Under the pieces are notes generated by a model. It worked only from the letters and a program-made list of their open reading frames with translations. It was not told the origin of the DNA and made no database searches. DNA of 58,848 bases, the filler included, from Jimgerdemannia flammicorona (lineage: Eukaryota): NCBI GenBank assembly GCA_003990765.1. It is 2 parts of 2 records of this genome, joined end to end, with 100 filler letters (N's around TTAATTAATTAA, not from the genome) between each part and the next. Parts side by side here need not be neighbours in the genome. Positions count along the whole stretch, not along the records: positions 1 to 29,387 come from RBNJ01000500.1; positions 29,488 to 58,848 come from RBNJ01000501.1. One strand, given 5' to 3'. This document shows, one piece after another, positions 24,433 through 36,700 of the stretch. Made by a program: the position numbers and the translations under genes. The stretch's first letter is position 1. The number at the start of each line of letters is the position of its first letter.

Positions 24433-25635
24433 CTAGGGGCGAGACGATGGATTGTGGGAGCATCGATACCACAGATGATCACCATTGCAGTGAGAACAGA
24501 AATGCGTATAAGAGCATCCTTTTCTGTTGCACCCAGGATTCTTCATGGGTGATCCATCGAATAGAATGCCATTGTATGCCCAACAAGTAGACCATTGAGA
24601 GGCATTCCTAGAAGATGGAGCGGAGGAGCCATCAGTAAGACATAGCCCCCATTGTATGTTGCAAGACTTGAAGGGCTTAAGTGGATTAGATGTAGAGGTC
24701 GGAGTTCGCAGACATTGATGTAGACTAAGGATCATAAAGAGATCGGGGTCATGCCATGCCCAATGCTTGCACCATACCAAAGAAACACCATTGTTCGCGA
24801 TCTCCGCCAGTCGTTTTGTGTGAAAGGAGACATAATAATCAAGAAGCATGGACCAATACGACGACGTTGATAGTAAAATAAAATCCGCAGCATATGAAAA
24901 GAATGGAGTAGGATCGGTGAGGCCCAGGTACACATCATGAAGAACGCTGAAATACATAAGCAGGGTGGCGAGGAAAGCAGGGACGTCTGGAAGATCTTTG
25001 ATAAGGGATGGTGGCTTTCAAAGAATGATCCGAGCACCCGATTCGTCAAACATTTCGATGAATTGAGCATCAGGAAGACCACCGATAGAAACAACATTTC
25101 ACTCCAAGAAACAGCTGAGTGATATGGCAGTGAACAAATTGTTGATGACCATAGCCAATAGCCATTAATTAACATGGGCATATTTTAAAGAGAGATTGAT
25201 GCCTTGGACAATAGTATGGGCAGAGACGACAGAAGGAGGTATAGGGATAGACTCACCCTGGAGATTACTGACAGGGCCATGAATGCCAGTGGACTGAACC
25301 AAAGGGATAGTCGGTAAGGGCTGGGATGAGGATGGGGATGTGACAACCGCCAAAAGAGAGGCAGTAGCATGATCGATAAAGGCTTGATTGATGATGAGAG
25401 ACGCATCCTGACCAGAAATGGCAGGAACTGTACTAGCTGGTGCCGCTGAAGATACAATGTTGGGGCGAGAGCGTAAAAGCTGAAAAAGTTCATCGAACCA
25501 ACGATCTTGTGTGGATGCATGCTCTTGGAGCTGAGTAATGCTGGCTTTGATGGAAACATCAGAGGCCGGTGTGCTGAAAAAAACTGGTCCAGCTGCCATA
25601 GCACTAGCGGGAGCCTTGGATGCGGTACATGCCAA
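24433..25635 (-). pseudogene. Ngaro ORF1 (gag-like) with C-terminal Cys/His fingers
   Basis: ORFs 25165-25635 and 24433-24957. The C-terminus CWAYN...CNRKGCSYTHFCSHCNGDHLWYRC is typical of DIRS/Ngaro ORF1. Confidence 0.8.
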
Positions 25636-25890
25636 TAGATGTGTGATTCAGCAGGGTGTAGAAGTAGAGTGATCAGGGAGGATGGCAAGATAATCCACAA
25701 GGATAGCAACATTAGGGTTCTCGCTATCAGATTCCAGGTCGTCTTGCAGAAAGCAGAGCATACACTTGATGAAATTGACGTCCAAGTGGAAAGGGCAGGC
25801 GGCAGAGCCCAGGTTGTGTTGGCCCTTCGACATATGGGAAGGGTCATATCGACACAAAAGGCAAGAATTTGTGGAGAGGACCATGGTAAT

Positions 25891-26137
25891 GTAATGAAAT
25901 GCATACAAATGTACAGAAGCGCAAAAGCATAAATGTAAAGCACATATGAAGTAATGTTGGGTGAATGGTAGAATTATATATAGAAGTAATGCACACACCG
26001 TACTAGTACCAAAAAAGGAGACTACACCTGGTTTAGAAACGCCTTAGACAAAAAATGGTGTCGAAACATTTTAGGCTCTATATGCCCAAGACCTTCCTGC
26101 ATTCATTGACCTGTGGTCTCGAGCAAGCCCCCTCATT
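25891..26137 (-). repeat. Ngaro split direct repeat A1 (5' terminus)
   Basis: Direct repeat of 20700-20946. Confidence 0.93.
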
Positions 26138-27900
26138 GTATCAGATATAGTTATCATATATACAGAGGCTTTCATGTTATTTCTGTTTAGTATCTCATTG
26201 CTTGTATAAAGATTATTATATTTTGAGATTTTCATTAGCTCATTGTCATCTAAATCATATATAGTTGTACTCTTTGAATATATTTATATATCTTTATTGC
26301 TATGGGATATCATCTTGCCTATCAAAAAGAGATTTTTGCAAATTTCTGAAGTATATAGTATGTCTAGGAAGATGTCAATGGATTCTATGATATTGCTATA
26401 GAGATATATCTCCATATTTCTCTTTTCTTGAGTATAGATAACATTGTTATCATTTAATTTACTAGATATAAGAACCCAAAAGACTCATACATATATAGAA
26501 AACTATTCTCTATTTGGCATCATATGTTATATAGCTCCAGAATATAATAGTCATATATCATTGTTATCAGCTATATTTATAGTACATTAATCAGATATAT
26601 GGCTAGGTATACTGCTCACTCTATTGGTATTTTTACTACTAGTAGTACTGATATTATTACCATATTTTATTAGGTAAAAAGTATTTTGCTACTAATCAGA
26701 ATTTATAGATAACAGATTGGTAAATTTAATAATAGAACTATGATCAATATATATTACTTATATAAAGAACATACCACTGCTATTAGTTTTAGCAGTGTTT
26801 GTATTATTATACTTCTCTTGACCTTAATAGTTCTTTCTGCTGCCTCTATATTATCAATGCTGACTTCTATGTTATTACTTTTCACTACTCTCCTTGTTAT
26901 TTTCTCAGTAGTAACAATTGTATTTCCTATGTCTATACTTGCTATAGTATTTATAGTAACTATTATACTTAGTTAATTGGCTGCCATGGTATTGATTTTG
27001 GAGTTGGATTAATTGACCTTATTGTTATCTATACTTTTGATCTCATTTGACACTATCACTATATCTGTGAGACTTATTGAAGGTGTTTTTATCATTATTG
27101 CCACTGTTTTCTTATTGCATTTTCTTATTTATAAGACTTATTATCATATGGACATAGTTTATAAGTCTGCTACTCTCATACATAGCTATGTATAACAATA
27201 ATATAATATATATATGAAAGTTCTCTTATGAGCACTATAATCTTATTATCATTACTAATGCAATCTGCAGATGCACTGAGAGAATTCACTTAATTCACCA
27301 GATCATCAATATGATAGATATATTTATAGATACTCTCCTTAGGTTTCATTCATAAATAAATAGCTGAGATTTTAGTTAAAATTAATTCAATATAGATGCT
27401 TATATATGATGATTGTGTCTATTATAGTATGTATTATAAGCTTTATTTGTAAATTCAATAATATGAATATAATCTCACATAATGCTTGATAATCATTTGT
27501 AGTATTATAATCTTGAATCAGTGCTTATGACTTTATATACTCTGCTAAGCCATATTTATCAAGAAGATTCATAATATAGAATACTTAGATCACATAATCT
27601 TTTCTGTTAAAGATTAGGATAGGCCACTTGGTCATATTTATACTTATAACTGAGATTGTTTTTCTCATACTTATTGAGATTATATATATCTATATTGCTA
27701 GGCTGATTGTCTGATATTTCTAGCATAGTGTATATTAAAGAGATATTTATTTACTATAGCCACTTAGTGCTAGCAAAGCTTATAACTTTTATTATAAAAG
27801 AGAAATTAAAATTGCATAGATCATATATTTTATAAATAATATAAAACTGATAAAATAGTATAATCATATATTGATATATTGAGTTGCCATCTTAATAGTT
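26138..27900 (-). mobile_element. Ty1/Copia remnant 1, gag/protease segment
   Basis: Minus strand reads *LLYSGAI*HM (about 26520-26552), a decayed WLLDSGATxHM. 27240-27480 aligns with 52320-52600. Confidence 0.7.
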
Positions 27901-27902
27901 AT

Positions 27903-28686
27903 ACTATATTTGGAAATTGGATTCAGAAACTATGATCAAATGTCTATTCTTCTGATTTATGTTATTAATTCAGATTCACTATCACAATTTTCTCCAAAAT
28001 AGATAATTCATCTCTGAAACATTCTGTTCATTCAAACTTCCAAGCTTTAATTAGTTGAATCTTCTTATATAATATGATTTGTATCATTATATTCTTCTAA
28101 TACTATTTTCTAATATATCTAAAGTCTCTTAGAGCTACTCCTTAGAGATGATCTAGGACTGACTCATTCTCTTTGATTAACTTGTATACTCTCTTATCAA
28201 TGGTGATTTGAGTATAAGAGAGGTGAGACTTTCTAATTCAATCTTCTTTTTTTATTTCTGGCTTTGAATTTAGTAGCTATTTCAACTTGAAGTATTTCTG
28301 AAACTCATTCCAGTTCTTGTAGTTCTTGAAATATGAAATTTATAACAAGTGTATCTGTTCTATGCTTTGAATACTGTTAATGGATTCCTCCTCATTAGTA
28401 GCTCAGTGGAATGCCACTGTCTTTCTATGGCTCATTGTGTAATACTAGTGATATAGAGAGCTGTGGCATTACTTATTAGCTAGTTATGATACTTATTGAG
28501 TTGGTTTTGATAGATAGTGGTGGATAAAATTGTATTTGAAAGTTTTTATAGCCAAAAGATAGTCTCTTTTATATCTTGTACATGATAAGATTCTTCCCAC
28601 TTAGGCTCTAGTTTTCATGAATATAAGACTTCTACCATTTTCTGATATACTAGGACTTTGTCTCCTATCTTGATAATCTTCAGAGG
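27903..28686 (-). mobile_element. 3' fragment of a G2-family Gypsy (integrase C-terminus, ORF3, PPT, part of the 3' LTR)
   Basis: Colinear, AT-shifted match to 12220-13004, for example aacttgaagtatttctgaaactc vs aacttgaagtattcctggaactc. LTR edge ATCACA at 27986. Confidence 0.85.
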
Positions 28687-29387
28687 CTTCAAAAGTACCA
28701 ACCAAAGGCGAATACCGTGATATATAATTTGCAAGTTAAGATGCTCAATATATAACTAGTATTCAACTTCAGCAAAGAAACTATTAAACAATGCATCTGC
28801 CACCCAAACTAGATACAGTGCATATGCTGGATCGCTTTCCTAAACAAGACGGGATTGATCCTTTGCTACGAAACCCGCCACGCGATGGACGTAGGTTCCA
28901 ATATACCATCTTATTCGGCAACAGTTTGTCATTCCGGCAGCAACCATGATTATTTTATGTAACAAGTAACCGTTTGAAAAAAACGCCCGATAATTGTTAT
29001 TGGCCGAGACGCAATGGTCATTAACTAATCCTTACATTCCTTCCTCGCGTATTTTATTTGCCTTATTCGAGCTTGCTTTGACCATTTTCTGACTTCAAGG
29101 CATCCATTATCGTCCCATGGTTGAAGAATCAAAGAGATGGATTGCACCTATAAGTGCATGATGGGTACGGTGTCTACTTCTGTAATATTTTCGGGTGCTG
29201 CATATTGTTATTCCTACAGGCAATCGTCACACACTAACGAAATTCATTCAAACTGCGCCTTTGTAAACCAGGAGAGATAAGAAGTCTATGAGATTCTGTT
29301 TCGAACCGTTTTTATCACATCAGAGGAAGTTCTGATCAAAGAATTTTCCATCTCATATCTGATTACAATAACGATCATTCCCTTTTT

Positions 29388-29487
29388 NNNNNNNNNNNNN
29401 NNNNNNNNNNNNNNNNNNNNNNNNNNNNNNNTTAATTAATTAANNNNNNNNNNNNNNNNNNNNNNNNNNNNNNNNNNNNNNNNNNNN
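29388..29487. other. Artificial 100-bp assembly spacer N44-TTAATTAATTAA-N44
   Basis: Exactly 100 bp and symmetric; the central 12-mer has stop codons in all six frames. Confidence 0.93.
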
Positions 29488-29519
29488 TCCAATCCCCCTA
29501 GGGGGGCCCCCCCCTCCTA

Positions 29520-32500
29520 CCCCTTCTCTGTGAAAGACCACTTTGTCGAACACTATCCCCACCCTCCCACCACTCTGTTCACAGATCTTCACCACCAAAC
29601 CACGATGTCATCCTCCCTGAGGACCCCAACCCACCCACCATCCAGTCAGCAGATCCCCCACCAGCTCCTCCCACCTTAACACCTTCTCATGCAGCCCCAA
29701 CCACTGCTCCTCCTCAAATACAAAAAGCCAATGGCCCGCCAGACCCACCCATACTGCTAACACCCATCCTACAGTGAGCCAACTATCCCCCACCCCACCT
29801 ATAAGCCAAGATCTTAAGTCCTCCCAGCGACCCCCTTCCCTTACCTACCGATGCCCCACACCCAGTCTATCCCCTATCTCAGCCCAAAATTCCCCCAAGA
29901 CCTCACACTCTCCCAGCCAATGTTCTGGCATCTGTACATGACTCCCAGCCTGCCCAACATTACAACACTCCTCACAGTCAAATTGTCCACCCTCCACCAA
30001 ATGCTCCAAGCAGAAATTCAGCATGACATTCCTCCACAACATTTGTCACCATACCACTCAGAACTTGGGAGGAAGCCACCTCTGTACCTCAGCACTCTAA
30101 GACCAGATGCCTGCCCAGTCCCACTCCTCTCCAATTCCAACTGCCTGTCAGCTACTTGGCCAAAGGTTCTGGCCAAGCCCCTGCTGACACTCCACTCTCT
30201 CCCCAATATCAAACGCAGCCAGTGGAGTACCCCCCAGGAGCAGTCTATCCCAACACCACATATTAGGCCCCCATGCCACCTCCCCCTCATTACCTTGCTA
30301 TCACAGGCCAATTCGGTGTGCTCCATCAGCCATTCCCCACCAAAAGCCCTTGAACCGCAACCTCCGAACTCCATTCAGCCCCACCAAAGAGAGCAGATCT
30401 CTAGAGGACCCTCAGGGTGATATCCGCATCTCCCACACCTTCTGCAGCAGAGGCACCCAACCTCCACCCTGTAATTCCACAGCTCTCTTCAACCACCAGG
30501 CTCTCAAGCAGTACAGCCTCTTAGGGAAATCCACCAGATCAAGACCTCCCCTGACTATCAGTCTCGCAAGAGTATCCCAACTGACCTGGGACCTCCTCTC
30601 CACCCAAATCCAATCCCTAGCCACCTTCGTCAGCTTCTTCACCACCCACACTAGAAAGTCGATGTAATATGCCACATACTACAGCTTCGGGAACCAATAT
30701 ATATTCAGGATCAACATCTGCCCTGCCAGAGAGATATGGCATCTGCCCCACCCTCGAAGGGCCTCCCCCCAACTATTCACCCTGCTCTCCCACCACACTC
30801 GTGACAAGACAGAACCATATACAGAGAGGAAGATGCCTAGATACCACACCACCTCACCAGTAGGGACAATTGTTCCAATGACATCCCCACCCACTAGCCC
30901 ATTCCCTAGCACTATTGTCTCACACTTATGCCAGTTGAGTTTCACCCCTGAGTGAGCCTCATACCATTCCACAGCCTCCTGAAGTGCCTCTACATCCACC
31001 ACAGACCCAAGTCCAACCACTATATCATCAGCAAAGGCCCCCACCTTCCATACTATACCATATATAGAGAGCCCTGCCACCTTCCAGCAAATCCTATCCA
31101 TCAATGGCTCCAGTGATAGAGCATAGAGTATCGGGGATAGAGGGTCCCCCTGAGGTACCCCTCTTCCCAATGGAAATGCCCTCCCGTGGTGACCATTATA
31201 TGTCAGAGATGCCCAACTACTTTCCAGCAGACTCAACATAGAGGCCCAAAATGTTGGGGGAATACTAATTCGGTCCAATACCTTTTCCAGCCACACCTGC
31301 CATATATGGTCATAGGCCTTCTCCTGGTCCAGAAAGACCAATCTTCCATCCAGTCCACAGGCCCGGGCCTCTTCAATGACACCATGAACCCATGCAGTCC
31401 CATCTCTTATTAGCCTGCCCCCAACAAAGCCCCTTTGCTCTTCCCCCAGCACCTGTTGGGCAACCTTCTGCAGCCTTGCGACAATCACCTTAGTCACCAT
31501 CTTCCTGTCCATATCCAGAAGCATGATCAGCCTCCAGTTCTTCCAGTCCTCCCTCCTTCTCTTGTCTTTGTACAGTAAGGCCACCAGCCCCAGATCCTGC
31601 TCTCCAACCCACTCACCACTCTGAAGGACAGGGTCACAAAGACCAGCTATCTCACCCAATACTCCAGGGACATTTACCATCTTCTTCCAGAAGTCCCAAG
31701 GCAATCCATCCTCCCCTGGTGCTGTCCCAAGCTTAGTTGTTGCCAGGACACTCTGGATCTCCTCCCTCTTCACTGGTAAGATCAAGTCCCTCAGTCCAGC
31801 AACCTGCGGCGGCCCCCACTCATCTAGTGTATTCACAATTTCCACCTCATCTGCACCCCTATCTCCCTTACTCCACAAACCCTGCCATTTCTCCTTCAAG
31901 ACGTTGCATACCATGAACCATGTCCCCATCAGCATCCAGGACTCCATCTCACCGATGATGCACTCTCCTAGCTTTAAGAAGTCTCAATAAGTACCTTGTA
32001 GGCCGCTCACCCTCCTCAAGCCTCTGCCACCACAGCCTAGCAGCCATGCCTCACATATGGGTCTCCTCCTCTTCCCTCAGCATCTGTTGTAGTTCCATTA
32101 TCTCCAATTTCACCCTCTCTATCCGCCAATCCTCCACTCCTACAACAGTGAGCAGATCCGCCCAATCTATTTATAGTCTCCTCAACCTGCTGGAAGCATA
32201 CCTCGTGCGCCTCCTTCTCTGCCTCCCAGCCTCTCTACCAGCCTCTCCCCAATAAACCCTTGCAGCCTCTTTCAACCTCATCCAGTGGACAGCCACAGGC
32301 AAACCCTCATGCTTCCAGATAAAAACTTTTGCCTAAATGTCCTCAACCCATAGTTCCCACAGCCCCTTCTCAGCCAGCAGGGAGGAGTTAAGGCGCCAAT
32401 GTCCAGGTCTATCTCCACTCCCCCCAAACTGCCCCTGCCCCAACAGTCCCCAGTGATCAGACCATGGGCACCACTCTACTTCCAATGTCTTCCAAACATC

Positions 32501-33133
32501 CGAGCCCCAGCACTCTACCATCAGAATCCAGTCAATCCTTGTGCCCAGACCATTCACCCAATGCATGTAAACCCTGGTGTCACCCCACCTCGTTCTGCCC
32601 ATATCTCCCAATGAGCTCAACATCTCCACCTCCTCCCATGCATCCAGACCTCCACTTCTACCCCCGGCACTCCTCCCTCCATCAGTTCTGTCCAGATGCT
32701 GATCCTGAACCATATTAAAGTCCCCACCGAGAATATCAATCCCTTCCTCCAAGAGAATACCCTCCTCCAGCAATCCCTTAATTCATGCAATCCTCTCACC
32801 CCTAGCCGCAGAGCAGTAGCAAGAGCCCACCTTCACCGATTCCCACCCTGGCCGATGCCAATCTCCCCAGACCAAGCGATCACCCCAACTCCTGATCCCC
32901 CCCAAGTCTCCTCTGCTCTTCCTCACCAGAATTGCTACCTTTCCAAACCAAGCAGCAGCCCCCCCCCACTCCCTAGTCTACTCTGCCCGATTGTCCTCAT
33001 CTTTATATTGAACATTCTGCAATAAAAAGAGATCAGCCTCCAATCCCTTGAGCCAAGTAAAAATGTTCCTACACTGCCCAGATCCCCTTAGCCCATTCAC
33101 ATTCAAGGAAAAAATATTGGTTGTACTATTCAT
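29520..33133 (-). pseudogene. LINE-B ORF2 (APE, RT, zinc knuckle)
   Basis: ATG at 33133 gives MNSTTNIFSLNVNGLRG. GGDFN, TRIDWIL, SDH, WRLNSSLL, APGEDGLP, LDQEKAYD, GVPQGDPLSPILY, AFADD, CEECC..PEHWLGEC. Confidence 0.93.
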
Positions 33134-33139
33134 AAAGGA

Positions 33140-35124
33140 TAATGGTATATATCAGAGCCCATCTTCTAAAAGTTGGCATCCTGCCTCTCCTGCACCAAGT
33201 CCAAGTTAAGTTCAGCAGCCAGTTCCCTCTCCCCAGCTTCCCATGCCTCCAACTCTCCCAGAAGTTCTACCATCGCCCCATCCTCACGCTCCTCAAAATC
33301 CTCACGATACTCCAGACAGGCCTTCTGCCAGAGCTGCAGACCCCAATGCTCTGCCCAACAGTAGTCTGCCCACTCAGTGGCAACCACCCCCAGCTCTGCC
33401 TTCCTCACCTCGTCAACCTCATATCCCTCCTCCTCCAGCAATATCGCCAGAATCTCTACCTTCAGGGCCTCCACCATACCATCTCCATGCAGGATCCTTG
33501 CTCAATGCTCCTCAGGCATCGCCCACAGGTCTACCTCCCCCAATGCTTCGGCTGTGAGATTATCCATCACCTTGTGTACCCACAACAGGTTCCCCACCTC
33601 CTTCCCTCCTGGAGTCCCTGGTCTCTCTGCATCCAACATCATGGTGTCAGCTCCTATACTAGCAGCCTCATCCCACTCCTCCTTAGAGACATCCGCCAGC
33701 TCATCCTCACCAACTGCCACCACCTGACCCCCTTGAGCCACATCAGGGACCCCAAAGTGCACCTGTTGGGCCCCCTGCATCTGTGTATCCTCCATCCTCC
33801 CTCTCTTCCCCACTGGGCCCCTCCTGATAAGTGGGGGGGTGGCATCCAACTCCGGCTCCCACACTTCAAAGATACCATCAGCAAATGGGTCCTTGTCCAG
33901 CCCCTTCCCAGCCCCTGTCTCCTTCACTTCTACCTCCTCTCCTCCTTTACTAGCCCAGACACTGGCCTCAGTGCCTCCAGACTCCTCAGCTTCACCCGAC
34001 TTCTCCTTCTCCCCACCTGTCACACTCGCCAACAGCTCCTTCTGTCTCTTGTGTCCCTAGACCCACTCCCACTGCTTCTTATCCATATGGATATGCCTCC
34101 CGCCCACAACCTCCAGATGCTTCGATTCCTCATACAGTTTCCAGGCCTTCGCCCTCCTCTCCACAGCACCACCCAACTCCTCCAGCACCTCCAACAAGTC
34201 CTCCTCCTCCTCTTCACTCCCCTTCACCCTCAACACCTTGCAGATGATGGCCCCCCACATCAGCACCGAGGGCCAGTCACTTATCTTCCCTGTGGCCTCC
34301 TTTCCAGCCAACCGAATTCTGACATTGACGTCGCCCATCTGGATAGTCGTCCCCTCCCACAACTGAAATCCAATGTCCACTACGTCTCTATACTCCACCA
34401 TTACCTCCTCCACCCTCCTCCTAGTCTCCTCCTTAGTCACCATGGGCACCCCCCTCACCAGAAGCTGCACCACCCTGGGGTCCCACCTCAAGCACCTTAT
34501 CATGGGGACCACTACCTCCCCAACCACCACTCCTGTCTTCATGGCCTCATCCAGTAGGCCTGCCTCCTCAAAGCCCACCTCAACCCCCTCCATGCCCTTC
34601 AAGAACTTCACCGAGGCTGCACCAGCCACCTGCCTTGAGATAAGCCCCAGGACCATTCTCGCCATCACCACCAAGCCCTGGAAGCACAAGGTAGCTGCGA
34701 ACTCCGAGATTGACTTCTTGAGCAATGGGGCCACTGCCAGTCCTGTTACACCATCAGCCAGGTCCCCCTTCCACATCGGGAGCCCCTGCCCCCCCTGGCC
34801 ATCAGCCATCATATCTCTTTTTTTTTCCTGATCCACCATCACACTACTATCAGCAGTCCCACCACTACTCTCAGCCACTACTCCCTCCACCTTCCACTAG
34901 TGAAGGCCCAGCTCCCCTAGCATCGCCAACCTTCTGCTTCCCCTTTCCTCCTGCCTGTCTACTGTGGGCACCCCTCGGCCAATCCCCAGCCTTAAGTACA
35001 TCTGCAAAGCTCCCTCCCTGCTGCCCTCCAGCCCCCCCACCAGTGCCTCCTCCACCCCCCGAGCTGCCCAGTCCACTTGATCCACCAAAAGACCCCATCC
35101 CCAGTCCATACCCCCTCCCGACAT
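33140..35124 (-). pseudogene. LINE-B ORF1, Gly-rich N-terminus and acidic C-terminus
   Basis: Consecutive minus-strand ORFs upstream of ORF2, with an SFADVLK motif. The C-terminal half is homologous to LINE-A ORF1. Confidence 0.78.
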
Positions 35125-36289
35125 ACTGCCAGTTGAAGGCCCCAGGTCCACCCAACCTAGGACATGCATCAGCTCGCTTGCTGGTTGATATCTCCTTAAT
35201 ATCTTTCTCCAATAAACGATTTGAAAGTATGTTGAAAAGTGTGTGTAACGTGAATTGTAGCAGAGAGAGATGTACCATCTATGTTGTTAGTCATCTTTCA
35301 CCAAAAACATTATTGAAAGTATTGTCTGAGTCTTGTATCACCTGAATGTTATCAGTGAAAGGAGTTGCAAACTATTATACTTGATAGCAGTAGTGTTATT
35401 ATATCTTATCTTATTAAAAAACCTTATACAAATTTAGAAACCAGTTACAACTAGTCACATAAGTTCAAAATGATCTGCACTAAAGAACCAGTCTACTATC
35501 TAGACCTCTTTACTATAGAAAAAGCAGACACTAAGGAGGCCTAACTATAAATGTATGGACCTTTCAATTGGACCAATACTTTGAACTCACAAGAATGAAA
35601 GAAGACAAGTAAGATCAATTTACTACCATACTTCTCTGAGGAAATACAGTCATCTGGTAGTATAATCATATTATAACTACTTCTATATACTTAAATACAA
35701 GAATCTAGAACTAGAAATCCTTCAAGAAGACCCTACATTAGCAGTTCAAGCCTGCTAATACTACTAAACTAGTCTGAGATAAGCTAGTGAATTTCAAACA
35801 ACTCAAGTCTATATAAAGCTATAATATATAATTCTTATCAATTCTACTCAAACTATATATCAGTAATATCTGAAGATGAAAAGATAGACTGCTACATCTG
35901 AGGCCTGAAAGGAAACACATGAGTCAAGGTCAAGCTAAAAGAGCTACAGATCCTCAATGAGGCCATGAGAATTACTAATAGGTTTGATATTATTACCTCT
36001 GGCAACTACTTTGAATCAAAATACTACAAAAAGAACTATTTTAAGAACCAACACAAGAACTAACTCAAAGCAGTTAATCTAGTACCAATGGACCTAGTTG
36101 CTATAAATAAGAAAAATAACAAACTTATCCCTGAAGAGAAAGACTACCTAAAGAAATTTAGAGCTTATTTCTTCTACTACTAAATAGAATACATTGTAAC
36201 TAAATATCCTAAGAAGGCCAGTGAACTCTCAAGACCAGTTACTGTATTGTCAAAGATACATCTACTAACTCTACTATCAGTTAATCTGA

Positions 36290-36700
36290 ACTTAAGATCA
36301 AGAAGCTTCATCTGAACACCCAGATCTCTCAATGTTAATCTGAAGGAACTATTGGTCTTGATCTATACTCTGTCAAACAAATCACTATTTAAGCCAATGG
36401 CTGAACTCTGGTGCCTACTGAAATTTCAGTCCAATATCCTGAAGAACATTATGTCAAAATTATACTACAATCAGAACTCAGTGTTAAATATCATTTAGAT
36501 ATTGGTACTAGTATCATTGATTCAGACTATCAAGGATAAGTTCAAGTCTTACTTGTCAACTAGAATAATCAAGACTACACAGTTAAGAAAGGAGACCAAA
36601 TTGTGCAAATGATCCTAGAAAAAGCCAGTTAATCCAAGATTACAGAAGTCTAAGAACTATCTGAACTGAGTGAGACTAAAAAGATTTGGATAATACTAAT
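36290..36700 (+). pseudogene. dut: dUTPase domain of C, between the gag zinc knuckle and protease
   Basis: Aligns with the D dUTPase: GTIGLDLYS, SIIDSDYQG*V, GDQIVQMI. Confidence 0.82.

Larger units (their letters stand above)
20431..26137 (-). mobile_element. Tyrosine-recombinase retrotransposon (DIRS order, Ngaro-type split direct repeats), structurally complete
   Basis: A1-gag-RT/RH-YR-B1-A2-B2 arrangement with no TSD. RT/RNase H and tyrosine recombinase motifs are present. Confidence 0.95.
29488..35368 (-). mobile_element. Non-LTR retrotransposon LINE-B (L1/Tx1-like), near full length; appears inserted into the last ~10 bp of the 5' LTR of Gypsy C
   Basis: ORF1 and ORF2 are homologous to but diverged from LINE-A. 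Assigning 35170-35368 as its 5' leader is an inference. Confidence 0.9.

Noticed and set aside
26740..27195. Hydrophobic membrane-protein-like ORFs (also 51885-52157)
   Set aside because: Antisense translations of AT-shifted Copia gag; the I/L/F richness is compositional.
29432..29443. TTAATTAATTAA as a biological palindrome or piggyBac site
   Set aside because: It sits at the centre of a symmetric 100-bp N spacer and is an artificial six-frame stop linker. The two sides may not be adjacent in the genome.
33142..34557. 471-aa plus-strand ORF
   Set aside because: Antisense shadow of LINE-B ORF1. The C-rich strand lacks stops and gives an L/P/H-rich product with no recognisable domain.
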